A DNA stretch of 64,000 nt from Chitinophaga pinensis (GTDB lineage Bacteria > Bacteroidota > Bacteroidia > B-17B0 > Aurantibacillaceae), in NCBI GenBank assembly GCA_943369995.1, contig CALRPF020000013.1, forward strand, positions 36,422 through 100,421, given 5' to 3'. Each line of letters opens with the position of its first letter. Positions within the stretch are counted from its first letter, which is position 1. This document shows positions 36,652 to 45,195 of this stretch, in pieces. Both the position numbers and the translations under genes were made by a program. Below the pieces are notes generated by a model. The model was not told where the DNA came from, did not search any database, and saw nothing but the letters and a program-made list of their open reading frames with translations.

Positions 36652-37308
36652 GTGGATCCAAGAGCTTTACAATACCAGCGCAATTCGGCAATATTAAAAA
36701 AATATTTGCCCGAAGAAACTGTTGGTATAATTGCAGAGTGGATCATTGATCTTGATTTTAAATTAAAGATCACTAAAGAGCGTAAAACCCGTTTGGGAGA
36801 TTATATGTCGCCACACTCCGGATTAAATCACACTATAACTGTTAATCACAATTTAAATAAGTATGCTTTTTTAATTACCTTGGTTCACGAAGTTGCACAT
36901 TTGGTAACGTATAACGAATATAAAAATTCAGTTAATCCACATGGCGTTGAATGGAAGCGTAATTTTCAAAAATTAATGCAGCCATTTTTAAGTACAGATA
37001 TTTTTCCTTTAGAAGTTTTTGCTGCATTGCGTAAATATTTACAAAATCCGGCAGCATCAAGCTGTAGCGACATTCAACTGTTGCGCACCTTAAAATTGCA
37101 TGATGAAAATAGTGATACAATTTTTTTAGAACACATTCCCTTAAACACTTTATTTTTATATAATGGCGAGCGTATTTTTAAAAAAGGCGAGCGTATTCGC
37201 AAACGATTTAAATGTGTGGAAATAAAAAGCGGAACCGTTTATTTATTCAATCCTCTTACCGAAGTTGAATTGTTTGATTCAACTACTAGCGCTCAATTAG
37301 CTGAGTAG
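36652..37308 (+). CDS. SprT-like domain zinc metalloprotease
   Basis: RKTRLGDY, ITLVHEVAH (HExxH), PHGVEWK, NPAASS; GTG start. Confidence 0.88.
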   Translation: MDPRALQYQRNSAILKKYLPEETVGIIAEWIIDLDFKLKITKERKTRLGDYMSPHSGLNHTITVNHNLNKYAFLITLVHEVAHLVTYNEYKNSVNPHGVEWKRNFQKLMQPFLSTDIFPLEVFAALRKYLQNPAASSCSDIQLLRTLKLHDENSDTIFLEHIPLNTLFLYNGERIFKKGERIRKRFKCVEIKSGTVYLFNPLTEVELFDSTTSAQLAE

Positions 37309-38296
37309 AAAGTACAATATTTGATTTATTGGTTTGTTTGCCATCCATGATATCTAATATCAGTAAAGATGCATTCTTTCCAATTTCTTCAACCGGCTGC
37401 GAAACAGAAATAATTGGCCTGTCAATAATATTAAACAAGTCGATATCATCAAAACAGGCAATTTTTATTTTATGTCCTTTTTCAGCAAATTGTTTTTTCT
37501 TTAAAACATTTAATATGGTTGTTGCAATATTATTATTCAAAGCAAAAATAGCATCCAGATCAGGATGTGTTTTTAAAAGATCAGTTAATGCATCTTCAAC
37601 ATCAGCTTCTACCTTTTCAAAATTAATTGGTTTTAATAACGAAGCATCAAATTTTAATTTACTTTTTGATAAAGCATCTTTATAACCATTTACACGATCT
37701 TCTATTGTACTTATATAAGAAGGTGTAATAGAAAAGCAGGCAATTTTTTTGCAGTTTTTATTTATAAGATGATTTGTTATTTCAAGAGCTCCACCGTAAT
37801 TATCAATTACAACGTAATTAGTATTAAACAAAGGTAAAACACGGTCAATAAATACGGTTGGAATAGAAAGGTATCTTGGCTGATCGTAAAAAGATGAATC
37901 TTTAAACGTAGAAGCAATAATAAGTCCATCCACACCTTGTTGATTGATCATCATTTCCACCAGGCGTTTTTCTTTTTCCTCGTTCTCATCGGTGCTGCAC
38001 ACCATTAAATTATAATTCTTCTCAAAAAGAACACCTTCAATGTTTTTTGCGATTTTAGAATAAAAAGGATTGGCAATATCAGCTACTATAAGGCCTACAA
38101 AGTTGCTTTTACCCGTTCGAAGTGCTTTTGCAAACTTATTAGGCGTGTAATCTAATTTTGCTACAGCATCTAATACTTCAGCCTGGGTTTTTTTACTGAT
38201 ACCATATTGATTACCCTTGCCATTTAATACCATGGAAATAAGAGTTTTCGAAAAGCCAAGCTGTTTCGACAGATCTTCTAATTGCAATCTTTTCAT
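37286..38296 (-). CDS. LacI family transcriptional regulator
   Basis: N-terminal HTH (LEDLSKQLGFSKTLISMVLNG), Y.PN..A..LR, DIANPFY, VDGLII, SVSQP..EIG. Confidence 0.93.
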   Translation of the reverse strand: MKRLQLEDLSKQLGFSKTLISMVLNGKGNQYGISKKTQAEVLDAVAKLDYTPNKFAKALRTGKSNFVGLIVADIANPFYSKIAKNIEGVLFEKNYNLMVCSTDENEEKEKRLVEMMINQQGVDGLIIASTFKDSSFYDQPRYLSIPTVFIDRVLPLFNTNYVVIDNYGGALEITNHLINKNCKKIACFSITPSYISTIEDRVNGYKDALSKSKLKFDASLLKPINFEKVEADVEDALTDLLKTHPDLDAIFALNNNIATTILNVLKKKQFAEKGHKIKIACFDDIDLFNIIDRPIISVSQPVEEIGKNASLLILDIMDGKQTNKSNIVLSTQLIER

Positions 38297-38467
38297 AAGA
38301 TTAAAATTTAAATAAAGAGGCGTAAAAACACTTAATTAATACCTCCGTTATAACAAATCTAAAGAAACTTTAGGTAATTTAAAAGGATTTAGACAGGGCT
38401 TTGAAAGAATTAGACCATTTGGCCTTATTTAAAGTTAAGAATTAATAATTAACATACAAACATTTAG

Positions 38468-38498
38468 TTTGATTACTTCCAAAATAAATCTAGGTTTG
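38468..38498 (+). promoter_or_regulatory. Canonical Bacteroidota housekeeping-sigma promoter for the aminotransferase
   Basis: TTTG (38468-38471), 19-nt spacer, TAGGTTTG (38491-38498). Confidence 0.75.
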
Positions 38499-38537
38499 TA
38501 GCCTAAATTTGAAAAAACAAGGTAAAACACTAATAAA

Positions 38538-39794
38538 ATGAAGGTTTCTAAGTTAGCAGAGAACATAATTGGGTCTGAGATCATAAAATTGGCCGGTGAG
38601 GTAAATGAGAAGATAAAACAAGGTGAAAAGATCTATAATTTAACCATTGGCGACTTTAACCCTCACGAGTTCCCTATTCCTATAGAACTAAAGCAGTTTA
38701 TTATTGACGAATACATTGCCAACCAAACCAATTACCCTGCGGCAGATGGCATGTTGGAATTACGCAATGCTGTAAGCAATCTTTTAAAACAACGTGGTGG
38801 TTTGGATTATAAAAATGACGAGATACTTATTGCAGGTGGCGCAAGACCAATTATCTATAGCATTTTTAGGGCATTGGTAGATGCTGATGATACAGTAATA
38901 TTTGCAGTACCATCATGGAATAATAATCATTACACTTATCTAAATGGCGCAAAGCCTGTGGTTATTGAAGCTACGCCAGAACAAAATTTTATGCCTTTGG
39001 CTAAAGATATTAAACCACATGTACAAAACGCAACTTTGTTGGCTTTATGTTCACCTCAAAACCCAACCGGTACTGTATTTACAAAAGAAGGATTAGAAGA
39101 GATCTGCGATATGATCTTAGAAGAAAATAAACGTCGCGGCCCTTCTCAAAAGCCCTTATACTTAATGTACGATCAAATTTATTGGGCCTTAACCTTTGGT
39201 GATATCAAACATTACGATCCTGTTACGCTTCGCCCTGAAATGAAAAATTATACTGTTTTTGTTGATGGGATCTCTAAATCCCTTTCTGCTACAGGTGTTC
39301 GTGTTGGATGGAGCATGGGACCAAAATTCATTATTGATAAAATGAAAGCTATTTTAACGCATGTTGGTGCCTGGGCTCCAAAAGCAGAGCAAATGGCTAC
39401 AGCAAAATACCTGTCAAACCTTGAGGGTTACGATACTTTTTTAATCGAACAAAAACAGAAAATTGATACACGCTTACAAGGTTTTTATAAGGGTTTTCAG
39501 GAGTTAAAAAAAGCTGGTTATAAAGTAGATGCTATTACGCCGCAGGCAGCTATTTATTTAACAGTGCAATTTAGTTTGCACGGACAAAAAACCGCAGATG
39601 GTAAAACACTTGCAACAACAGCCGATATTACTAAATATTTGTTGGATGAAGCCAAACTAGCCATCGTTCCTTTTTCAGCATTTGGCGCATCGCCTAATTC
39701 AAGCTGGTACCGCTTATCGGTTGGTACCTGTAAAGTTGAAGATGTGAATGCTGCGATTGCAAGCTTAAAAAATGCTTTGAGCAAGCTTTCCTAA
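38538..39794 (+). CDS. PLP-dependent aminotransferase class I/II (AspC-like)
   Basis: GDFNP, CSPQNPTG, YDQIY, DGISKS..ATGVRVGW. Confidence 0.9.
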   Translation: MKVSKLAENIIGSEIIKLAGEVNEKIKQGEKIYNLTIGDFNPHEFPIPIELKQFIIDEYIANQTNYPAADGMLELRNAVSNLLKQRGGLDYKNDEILIAGGARPIIYSIFRALVDADDTVIFAVPSWNNNHYTYLNGAKPVVIEATPEQNFMPLAKDIKPHVQNATLLALCSPQNPTGTVFTKEGLEEICDMILEENKRRGPSQKPLYLMYDQIYWALTFGDIKHYDPVTLRPEMKNYTVFVDGISKSLSATGVRVGWSMGPKFIIDKMKAILTHVGAWAPKAEQMATAKYLSNLEGYDTFLIEQKQKIDTRLQGFYKGFQELKKAGYKVDAITPQAAIYLTVQFSLHGQKTADGKTLATTADITKYLLDEAKLAIVPFSAFGASPNSSWYRLSVGTCKVEDVNAAIASLKNALSKLS

Positions 39795-39795
39795 A

Positions 39796-40674
39796 TTATC
39801 TTCCAAAAAGATCGCTCTCAAAATTGCGGGCTTTCTCTTTTATAATCTCACTTTCAAGATAAGCGTCTTGTCCGTGATTTACTGATTTTACAGACCTGTC
39901 GAATAAATTATTTTCTTTACTTATTTGCGATGCGAAATAATTTCTTTCAAAAACATCTCTATATGTTATTTCCTCCTCAGATAAATAATTTTTTGCTGTA
40001 AAGGCTTTGAACAAACCCTGCCATTCTAAATAATAGATCCAGAACAAAGGAATTACTTTTTTGGTTTTTTTATCTCTAACCAAAGGCGCAATGGCAACAA
40101 TATATTTTTCGAGTTGGCCTGAATAATTATTTATTATCCAATCTTCTTTTATCAAATAATTTACAATGTCCTTTGCAATTACATACCTCTTTTCTACAAG
40201 TGTATTTTTTGTTTCTTTACCATTTGCATCAAAGCTAGTTACCTCAGAAGAGTCCTTAAAAAAAAGAGCTAACTCTATTTGTTTTGCGCTTAACACCGTT
40301 TTTTCTACTTCATTAAAATTATCACTGTTAAACGCGTTCAGCTTTTTTTCAAACAAGCCAAACTTTAGTAATTCTATTAAGCTTATCTGCTCACATTTTT
40401 TATCGGTTGAAAACAATAATTTATTCCGTTTGTTTTCTAAGCTTATTGTGCGCCAAATGGGTGTACCCTTTAAAATATAATTTGGCTTAAAAGGCCGGCT
40501 GTTAAATCCTGTATAGAAAAGAGAATCCACAAAGCAATCTTTTACATTGTATTCTGTATATGACCCGGGCCCGGCGGTTCCACCCTTAAACTGCGAAAAG
40601 CCTTTGCACACTGCAAAACAAACTATAGATATGAAGATGTATTTAACTCTCAAACGTATAAATATATAATACAA
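39796..40674 (-). CDS. Divergent GldN-like protein (exact start uncertain)
   Basis: IWRTISL..K.N..LF, YLIKEDW, AIAP, LFWIYY, TYRDVF.R.YFAS.I.KENN..DR, ESE.IKE...NFESDL parallel GldN/PorN motifs. Confidence 0.7.
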   Translation of the reverse strand: MYYIFIRLRVKYIFISIVCFAVCKGFSQFKGGTAGPGSYTEYNVKDCFVDSLFYTGFNSRPFKPNYILKGTPIWRTISLENKRNKLLFSTDKKCEQISLIELLKFGLFEKKLNAFNSDNFNEVEKTVLSAKQIELALFFKDSSEVTSFDANGKETKNTLVEKRYVIAKDIVNYLIKEDWIINNYSGQLEKYIVAIAPLVRDKKTKKVIPLFWIYYLEWQGLFKAFTAKNYLSEEEITYRDVFERNYFASQISKENNLFDRSVKSVNHGQDAYLESEIIKEKARNFESDLFGR

Positions 40675-40740
40675 ATCGCTTATAAAAGCTACAGTTTTTG
40701 AGCAAAATTTTGTTTATCTTTAGTCTCTTATTTTTAATAC

Positions 40741-43164
40741 ATGAAGATCTCTTACAACTGGCTTAAAACCCTTGTCAATATTGATGTTTCTGCGCAAGAA
40801 GCAGCAGACCTTTTAACCTCCTCCGGACTTGAAGTGGAAGGCATTGAAATTTTTGAAAGCTTAAAAGGCGGCTTAAAAGGTTTGGTTGTTGGCCATGTTT
40901 TAGAATGTGAGAAACATCCTGATGCTGATAAATTAAAATTAACCAAAGTAGATATTGGTGCTGCAGAACCTTTATCAATTGTTTGCGGCGCACCAAATGT
41001 AGCTGCCGGACAAAAAGTTATTATTGCAACGATTGGTACAAAACTATATCCAACAACAGGAGAGCCTTTTGAAATAAAGAAATCAAAGATACGCGGTGTT
41101 TTAAGCGAAGGCATGATCTGTGCAGAAGATGAATTTGGTTTAGGAACCAGCCACGACGGTATTTTAATTTTACCTCCGGATACAAAAACAGGTTTGCCTG
41201 CTGCTGATTATTTTAAAATTGAAAATGATACTGTATTAGAAATTGGTTTAACACCAAATCGTAGCGACGCTGCTTCGCATTTAGGTGTTGCGCGTGATAT
41301 TATTGCCATTGTAAATTCAGCAAAAGACACGCCAGATTACCAATTATATTTGAGTGGATTAAATCAATTACCTGAAGCAACAACTATTAATAAAGTAGAA
41401 GTTGTTGTAGAAAATACAGAAGCCTGTCCGCGTTATTCGGGTTTAGTTATTAGTGGCGTTGCCGTGAAAGAAAGTCCGGATTGGTTACAAAACCGCTTAA
41501 AGGCAATTGGCCTGCGTCCGATAAATAATATTGTTGATATTACAAATTTTGTGTTGCATGAATTAGGTCAGCCTTTACATGCTTTCGATCTTGAAAAAAT
41601 AAAAGGAAATAAAATTGTTGTAAGAACAGCAAAGCAAGGGGAAAAATTTAAAACATTAGATGATGTTGAGCGTACATTAAATGCAAACGACTTAATGATC
41701 TGCAATGAAACAGAACCAATGTGTATTGCAGGTGTGTTTGGCGGAATAGAAAGTGGCGTAAATGAAAAAACAACTGCCGTATTTTTAGAATCTGCATATT
41801 TTGATCCGGGCTTTGTTCGTAAAACAGCAAAACAACATGCATTAAAAACAGACGCATCATTTCGTTTTGAAAGAGGAACAGATCCTGATATGACTGTTTC
41901 TGCATTAACGCGTGCCGCTAATTTAATTCTTGAAATTGCTGGTGGTACATTAAGTATGGGCGTGGTAGACATTTATCCTGAAAAATTAGAGCCGTACAAA
42001 GTAGCTTTTTCATACAGCAATTGCAACTCTTTGATTGGAAAAGAAATTGATCGTGCTATTATTAAGAACATCATACTTAATTTGGGAATTACAATTGATT
42101 CGGAAGGGTCGGATGGTTTATTATTAAATGTACCGCGCTTTAAAACCGATGTTACACGTGAGGCAGATGTGATTGAAGAAGTAATGCGCATTTACGGCTA
42201 CAACAATGTAGAAGTAAGCAAAGCTATTTCGTACACTGCTTTTAACGAAGCCAAAAATAATGATGTGGCCGTAGAAAATAAAACCGCTTCTTTATTAGAA
42301 GGTTTTGGTTTTAACGAGATCATGAGTTTATCATTAACGAAGGAAACTTACTATCCTGAAGGAAATAATAATGTAAAAGTGGTAAACCCTTTAAGTAACG
42401 ACTTAAATGTATTACGCGCAGATATGTTATTTAGTGGATTGGAAGCAATAGCTTATAATATTAATCGTAAAAATGCTGATCTTAAATTTTTTGAGTACGG
42501 AAGAACTTATTCCATTGCAGATAAAGAAACGCCAAAATATGCCGAGCAAAAACACTTAACTTTATTTGTTACGGGAAATGCCTTCAATGAGAATCCGTTT
42601 AACTTAACTCGAAAAGCCGATCTTTCATTTTTGAAAGCCGCTGTAAATAATTTATTGCAAAAATGTGGCATTACAAATTATAAATGTGTTGAAAGTACTT
42701 ATACTAATTTTGACTACGGCTTAAATTATACGTTAAATAATAAAACCTTGGTTGAATTTGGCGCTGTATCAAAAGCACAATTAAAAGCGTTTGATATTAG
42801 TCAACCTGTTTTTTATGCCGACTTTAACTGGGAAACTTTGGTAAAAGCATTTTCAAAACAAAAAATAGAATTTGAAGAGATTAGTAAATTCCCTTCGGTA
42901 AGAAGAGATCTTGCTTTATTAATTGATAAAGCAGTAAAGTATCAACAAATCGAGGAACTTGCTTTTAATACTGAGAAAAAATTACTGAAAGAAGTAAACC
43001 TTTTTGATATTTATGAGGGTGAAAAATTAGGCAACAAAAAATCGTATGCCGTTAGTTTTACATTATTAAATAACGAAGCTACTTTAACCGATAAACAAAT
43101 TGAAGGTGTAATGGAAAAATTAATTTCCAATTATAAAGAGAAGTTGGGTGCTGAATTGAGGTAA
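40741..43164 (+). CDS. pheT: Phenylalanine--tRNA ligase beta subunit
   Basis: HPDADKL, CGAPNV, SEGMIC, LTPNRSD, RFERGTD, FPSVRRDLA; 807 aa. Confidence 0.98.
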   Translation: MKISYNWLKTLVNIDVSAQEAADLLTSSGLEVEGIEIFESLKGGLKGLVVGHVLECEKHPDADKLKLTKVDIGAAEPLSIVCGAPNVAAGQKVIIATIGTKLYPTTGEPFEIKKSKIRGVLSEGMICAEDEFGLGTSHDGILILPPDTKTGLPAADYFKIENDTVLEIGLTPNRSDAASHLGVARDIIAIVNSAKDTPDYQLYLSGLNQLPEATTINKVEVVVENTEACPRYSGLVISGVAVKESPDWLQNRLKAIGLRPINNIVDITNFVLHELGQPLHAFDLEKIKGNKIVVRTAKQGEKFKTLDDVERTLNANDLMICNETEPMCIAGVFGGIESGVNEKTTAVFLESAYFDPGFVRKTAKQHALKTDASFRFERGTDPDMTVSALTRAANLILEIAGGTLSMGVVDIYPEKLEPYKVAFSYSNCNSLIGKEIDRAIIKNIILNLGITIDSEGSDGLLLNVPRFKTDVTREADVIEEVMRIYGYNNVEVSKAISYTAFNEAKNNDVAVENKTASLLEGFGFNEIMSLSLTKETYYPEGNNNVKVVNPLSNDLNVLRADMLFSGLEAIAYNINRKNADLKFFEYGRTYSIADKETPKYAEQKHLTLFVTGNAFNENPFNLTRKADLSFLKAAVNNLLQKCGITNYKCVESTYTNFDYGLNYTLNNKTLVEFGAVSKAQLKAFDISQPVFYADFNWETLVKAFSKQKIEFEEISKFPSVRRDLALLIDKAVKYQQIEELAFNTEKKLLKEVNLFDIYEGEKLGNKKSYAVSFTLLNNEATLTDKQIEGVMEKLISNYKEKLGAELR

Positions 43165-43179
43165 CAAAAAATTCAGGCC

Positions 43180-44253
43180 GTGAAAGACACATTCAAAGAT
43201 CTTAAAATTATTGAGCTGGCCGGTGTTTTAGCAGGGCCGTCGGTTGGGCATTTTTTTGCAGAATTGGGCGCTAAAGTAATTAAGGTTGAGAATCCGAAAA
43301 CAAAAGGTGATGTTACGCGTAGCTGGAAATTAAAAACAGAAAACCCTAAAGAAGATACCAGCGCATATTTCTGGAGTGTAAATTCAAACAAAGAATTTAT
43401 ATTTTTAGACATTACCGTTCCATCGCAATTACAAAAATTACACGAGCACATTAAAGATGCTGATATCGTTATCACCAATTATAAATCAGGCGATGATGTA
43501 AAATTAAAAGTAGACTACTCTACTCTATCAAAATTAAATCCAAAACTTATTTACGCCTCTATAAACGGGTTTGGGCATGACAGTCCTCGCACGGCTTACG
43601 ATCTTATTCTGCAGGCCGAAAGCGGTTTTATGTTCATGAATGGTGAGCCTAACAGCAAGCCTGTAAAAATGCCGGTTGCTTTAATTGATATTTTAGCGGG
43701 GCATCAATTAAAAGAAGCTATTTTAATTGCTTTAATTAATCGCTATAAAAATAATAAAGGGGCTCACGTTTCTGTTTCGTTATTTGATAGCGCTGTTGCT
43801 TCATTAGCCAATCAGGCAACCAATTGGCTTATTGCAAAACAATTACCAAAAGCGGCAGGTAGCCTGCACCCAAACATTGCACCGTATGGCGAATTGTTTG
43901 ATACAAAAGATGGTCAATTAATTACCTTTGCAATTGGCAGCAATTCACAATTCAAAAATTTGTGTGAGCTCATGCAATATCCTTCGTTGGCAACAGATCC
44001 AAAATATGCAACCAATCAATTACGAGTGCAGAACAGAATTCAATTGTATCATTTAATTTATAATTATATGAAACAATACAATTTTAAAGATCTTTATAAG
44101 ATGTGTTTAGAGAGAGAAATTCCAATTGGAAAGATCCGCGATCTGAAAGAAGTATTTGAATTACCAGAAGCAAAAGCCATGATCAATAAGTTCACGTTTC
44201 GAAAAACAGAATTACAAAACGTATCCGGTATTGCCTTTAAATTTTTAAGCTAA
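43180..44253 (+). CDS. CaiB/BaiF family III CoA-transferase
   Basis: LAGP, LAELGA.VIKVE, GD.TR.W, YDLILQAESG, DILAG; GTG start. Confidence 0.9.
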   Translation: MKDTFKDLKIIELAGVLAGPSVGHFFAELGAKVIKVENPKTKGDVTRSWKLKTENPKEDTSAYFWSVNSNKEFIFLDITVPSQLQKLHEHIKDADIVITNYKSGDDVKLKVDYSTLSKLNPKLIYASINGFGHDSPRTAYDLILQAESGFMFMNGEPNSKPVKMPVALIDILAGHQLKEAILIALINRYKNNKGAHVSVSLFDSAVASLANQATNWLIAKQLPKAAGSLHPNIAPYGELFDTKDGQLITFAIGSNSQFKNLCELMQYPSLATDPKYATNQLRVQNRIQLYHLIYNYMKQYNFKDLYKMCLEREIPIGKIRDLKEVFELPEAKAMINKFTFRKTELQNVSGIAFKFLS

Positions 44254-44684
44254 TGGAAGTAAAACAAGCCATCACAAAACAAGAAGTTGAAGCGATCATC
44301 GAGCTGCGTTATAAAATCTTACGCAAACCCTGGGATCAGCCAAAAGAAACGGCTACCGATGGTTTGGAAGAAACAAGCATCAATTTTTTTATTTCAGACG
44401 AAAATGGCATTGCTCTTGCCTGTGGCAGATTACAGGAGAACGAAAATAAAGTAGGACAAATACGTTACATGGCTGTTGACGATTCGCAACAAGGAAAAGG
44501 CTTAGGCAAAAAAATAGTTCAGGCTTTAGAAAAAAAAGGAAAAGAAATCGGTCTTAAAAAGATTGAACTTCAGGCTAGAGAAAATGCCGTAGAATTTTAT
44601 AAAAGCAACGGTTACGCTATAAAAGAAAAATCTTTTTTACTCTGGGGTATCATTCAGCATTATTTAATGGAAAAAGACTTGTAG
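44253..44684 (+). CDS. GNAT family N-acetyltransferase
   Basis: LRYKILRKP, QIRYMAV...QQGKGLG, A..FY...GY. Confidence 0.9.
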   Translation: MEVKQAITKQEVEAIIELRYKILRKPWDQPKETATDGLEETSINFFISDENGIALACGRLQENENKVGQIRYMAVDDSQQGKGLGKKIVQALEKKGKEIGLKKIELQARENAVEFYKSNGYAIKEKSFLLWGIIQHYLMEKDL

Positions 44685-44728
44685 ATAGTGGGCTGCGAGG
44701 CACAATTCTAAATTAAAAAAATAATTCG

Positions 44729-44736
44729 TATATTTG
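44729..44736 (+). promoter_or_regulatory. -7 element for the uORF-czcA-czcB unit
   Basis: TATATTTG matches TAnnTTTG; it overlaps the ORF-track TTG start, so the GTG at 44740 is preferred. Confidence 0.55.
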
Positions 44737-44739
44737 CAT

Positions 44740-45126
44740 GTGCTTAAGAAGTATTCAATAATAATTTTATTTCTTTTTGCTTATACAATTGTATTTGCGC
44801 ATAGCATTATTCCTCACCATCATCACGACGAAAATCATCATATGGAGCAAGCTAACCATCATGATGGTGACGCTGATGAAAGCCTGGCACATGAGTTTGG
44901 AAATTACATTCATTCGGTTAATACAGCCGATGTATATCAGAAACCCGATGTTGAGACAGATAATAATATAATAGCAACAGTTTACCTTGTTGCTACGTTT
45001 AATTTTAATATCCATTCCGCTCAAAAAGCGCCTCCCATAGTCACGCTCTCAAACGACTGTATTCCTCTTGCTCAGCACTGCCTTTCAACCAAAGGCTTAA
45101 GAGCTCCCCCATTTTCATTAAGTTAA
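44740..45126 (+). CDS. His-rich leader protein with C-terminal RAPP motif (candidate translation-arrest uORF)
   Basis: 128 aa from the GTG; hydrophobic N-terminus, HSIIPHHHH cluster, GLRAPP at 45094-45111; 69 nt upstream of czcA. Confidence 0.75.
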   Translation: MLKKYSIIILFLFAYTIVFAHSIIPHHHHDENHHMEQANHHDGDADESLAHEFGNYIHSVNTADVYQKPDVETDNNIIATVYLVATFNFNIHSAQKAPPIVTLSNDCIPLAQHCLSTKGLRAPPFSLS

Positions 45127-45176
45127 GCAGTTAGCTGCTTTGTTACATTCTCTTTGAGAATATTTTTCTCTTTTTT
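45125..45176 (+). promoter_or_regulatory. Hairpins between the uORF and czcA (possible attenuator)
   Basis: AAGCAG-ttag-CTGCTT (45125-45140); ATTCTC-ttt-GAGAAT versus the alternative GAGAA-tattt-TTCTC followed by T6. Confidence 0.4.
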
Positions 45177-45195
45177 AAAACTTAATTAAAGTAAA

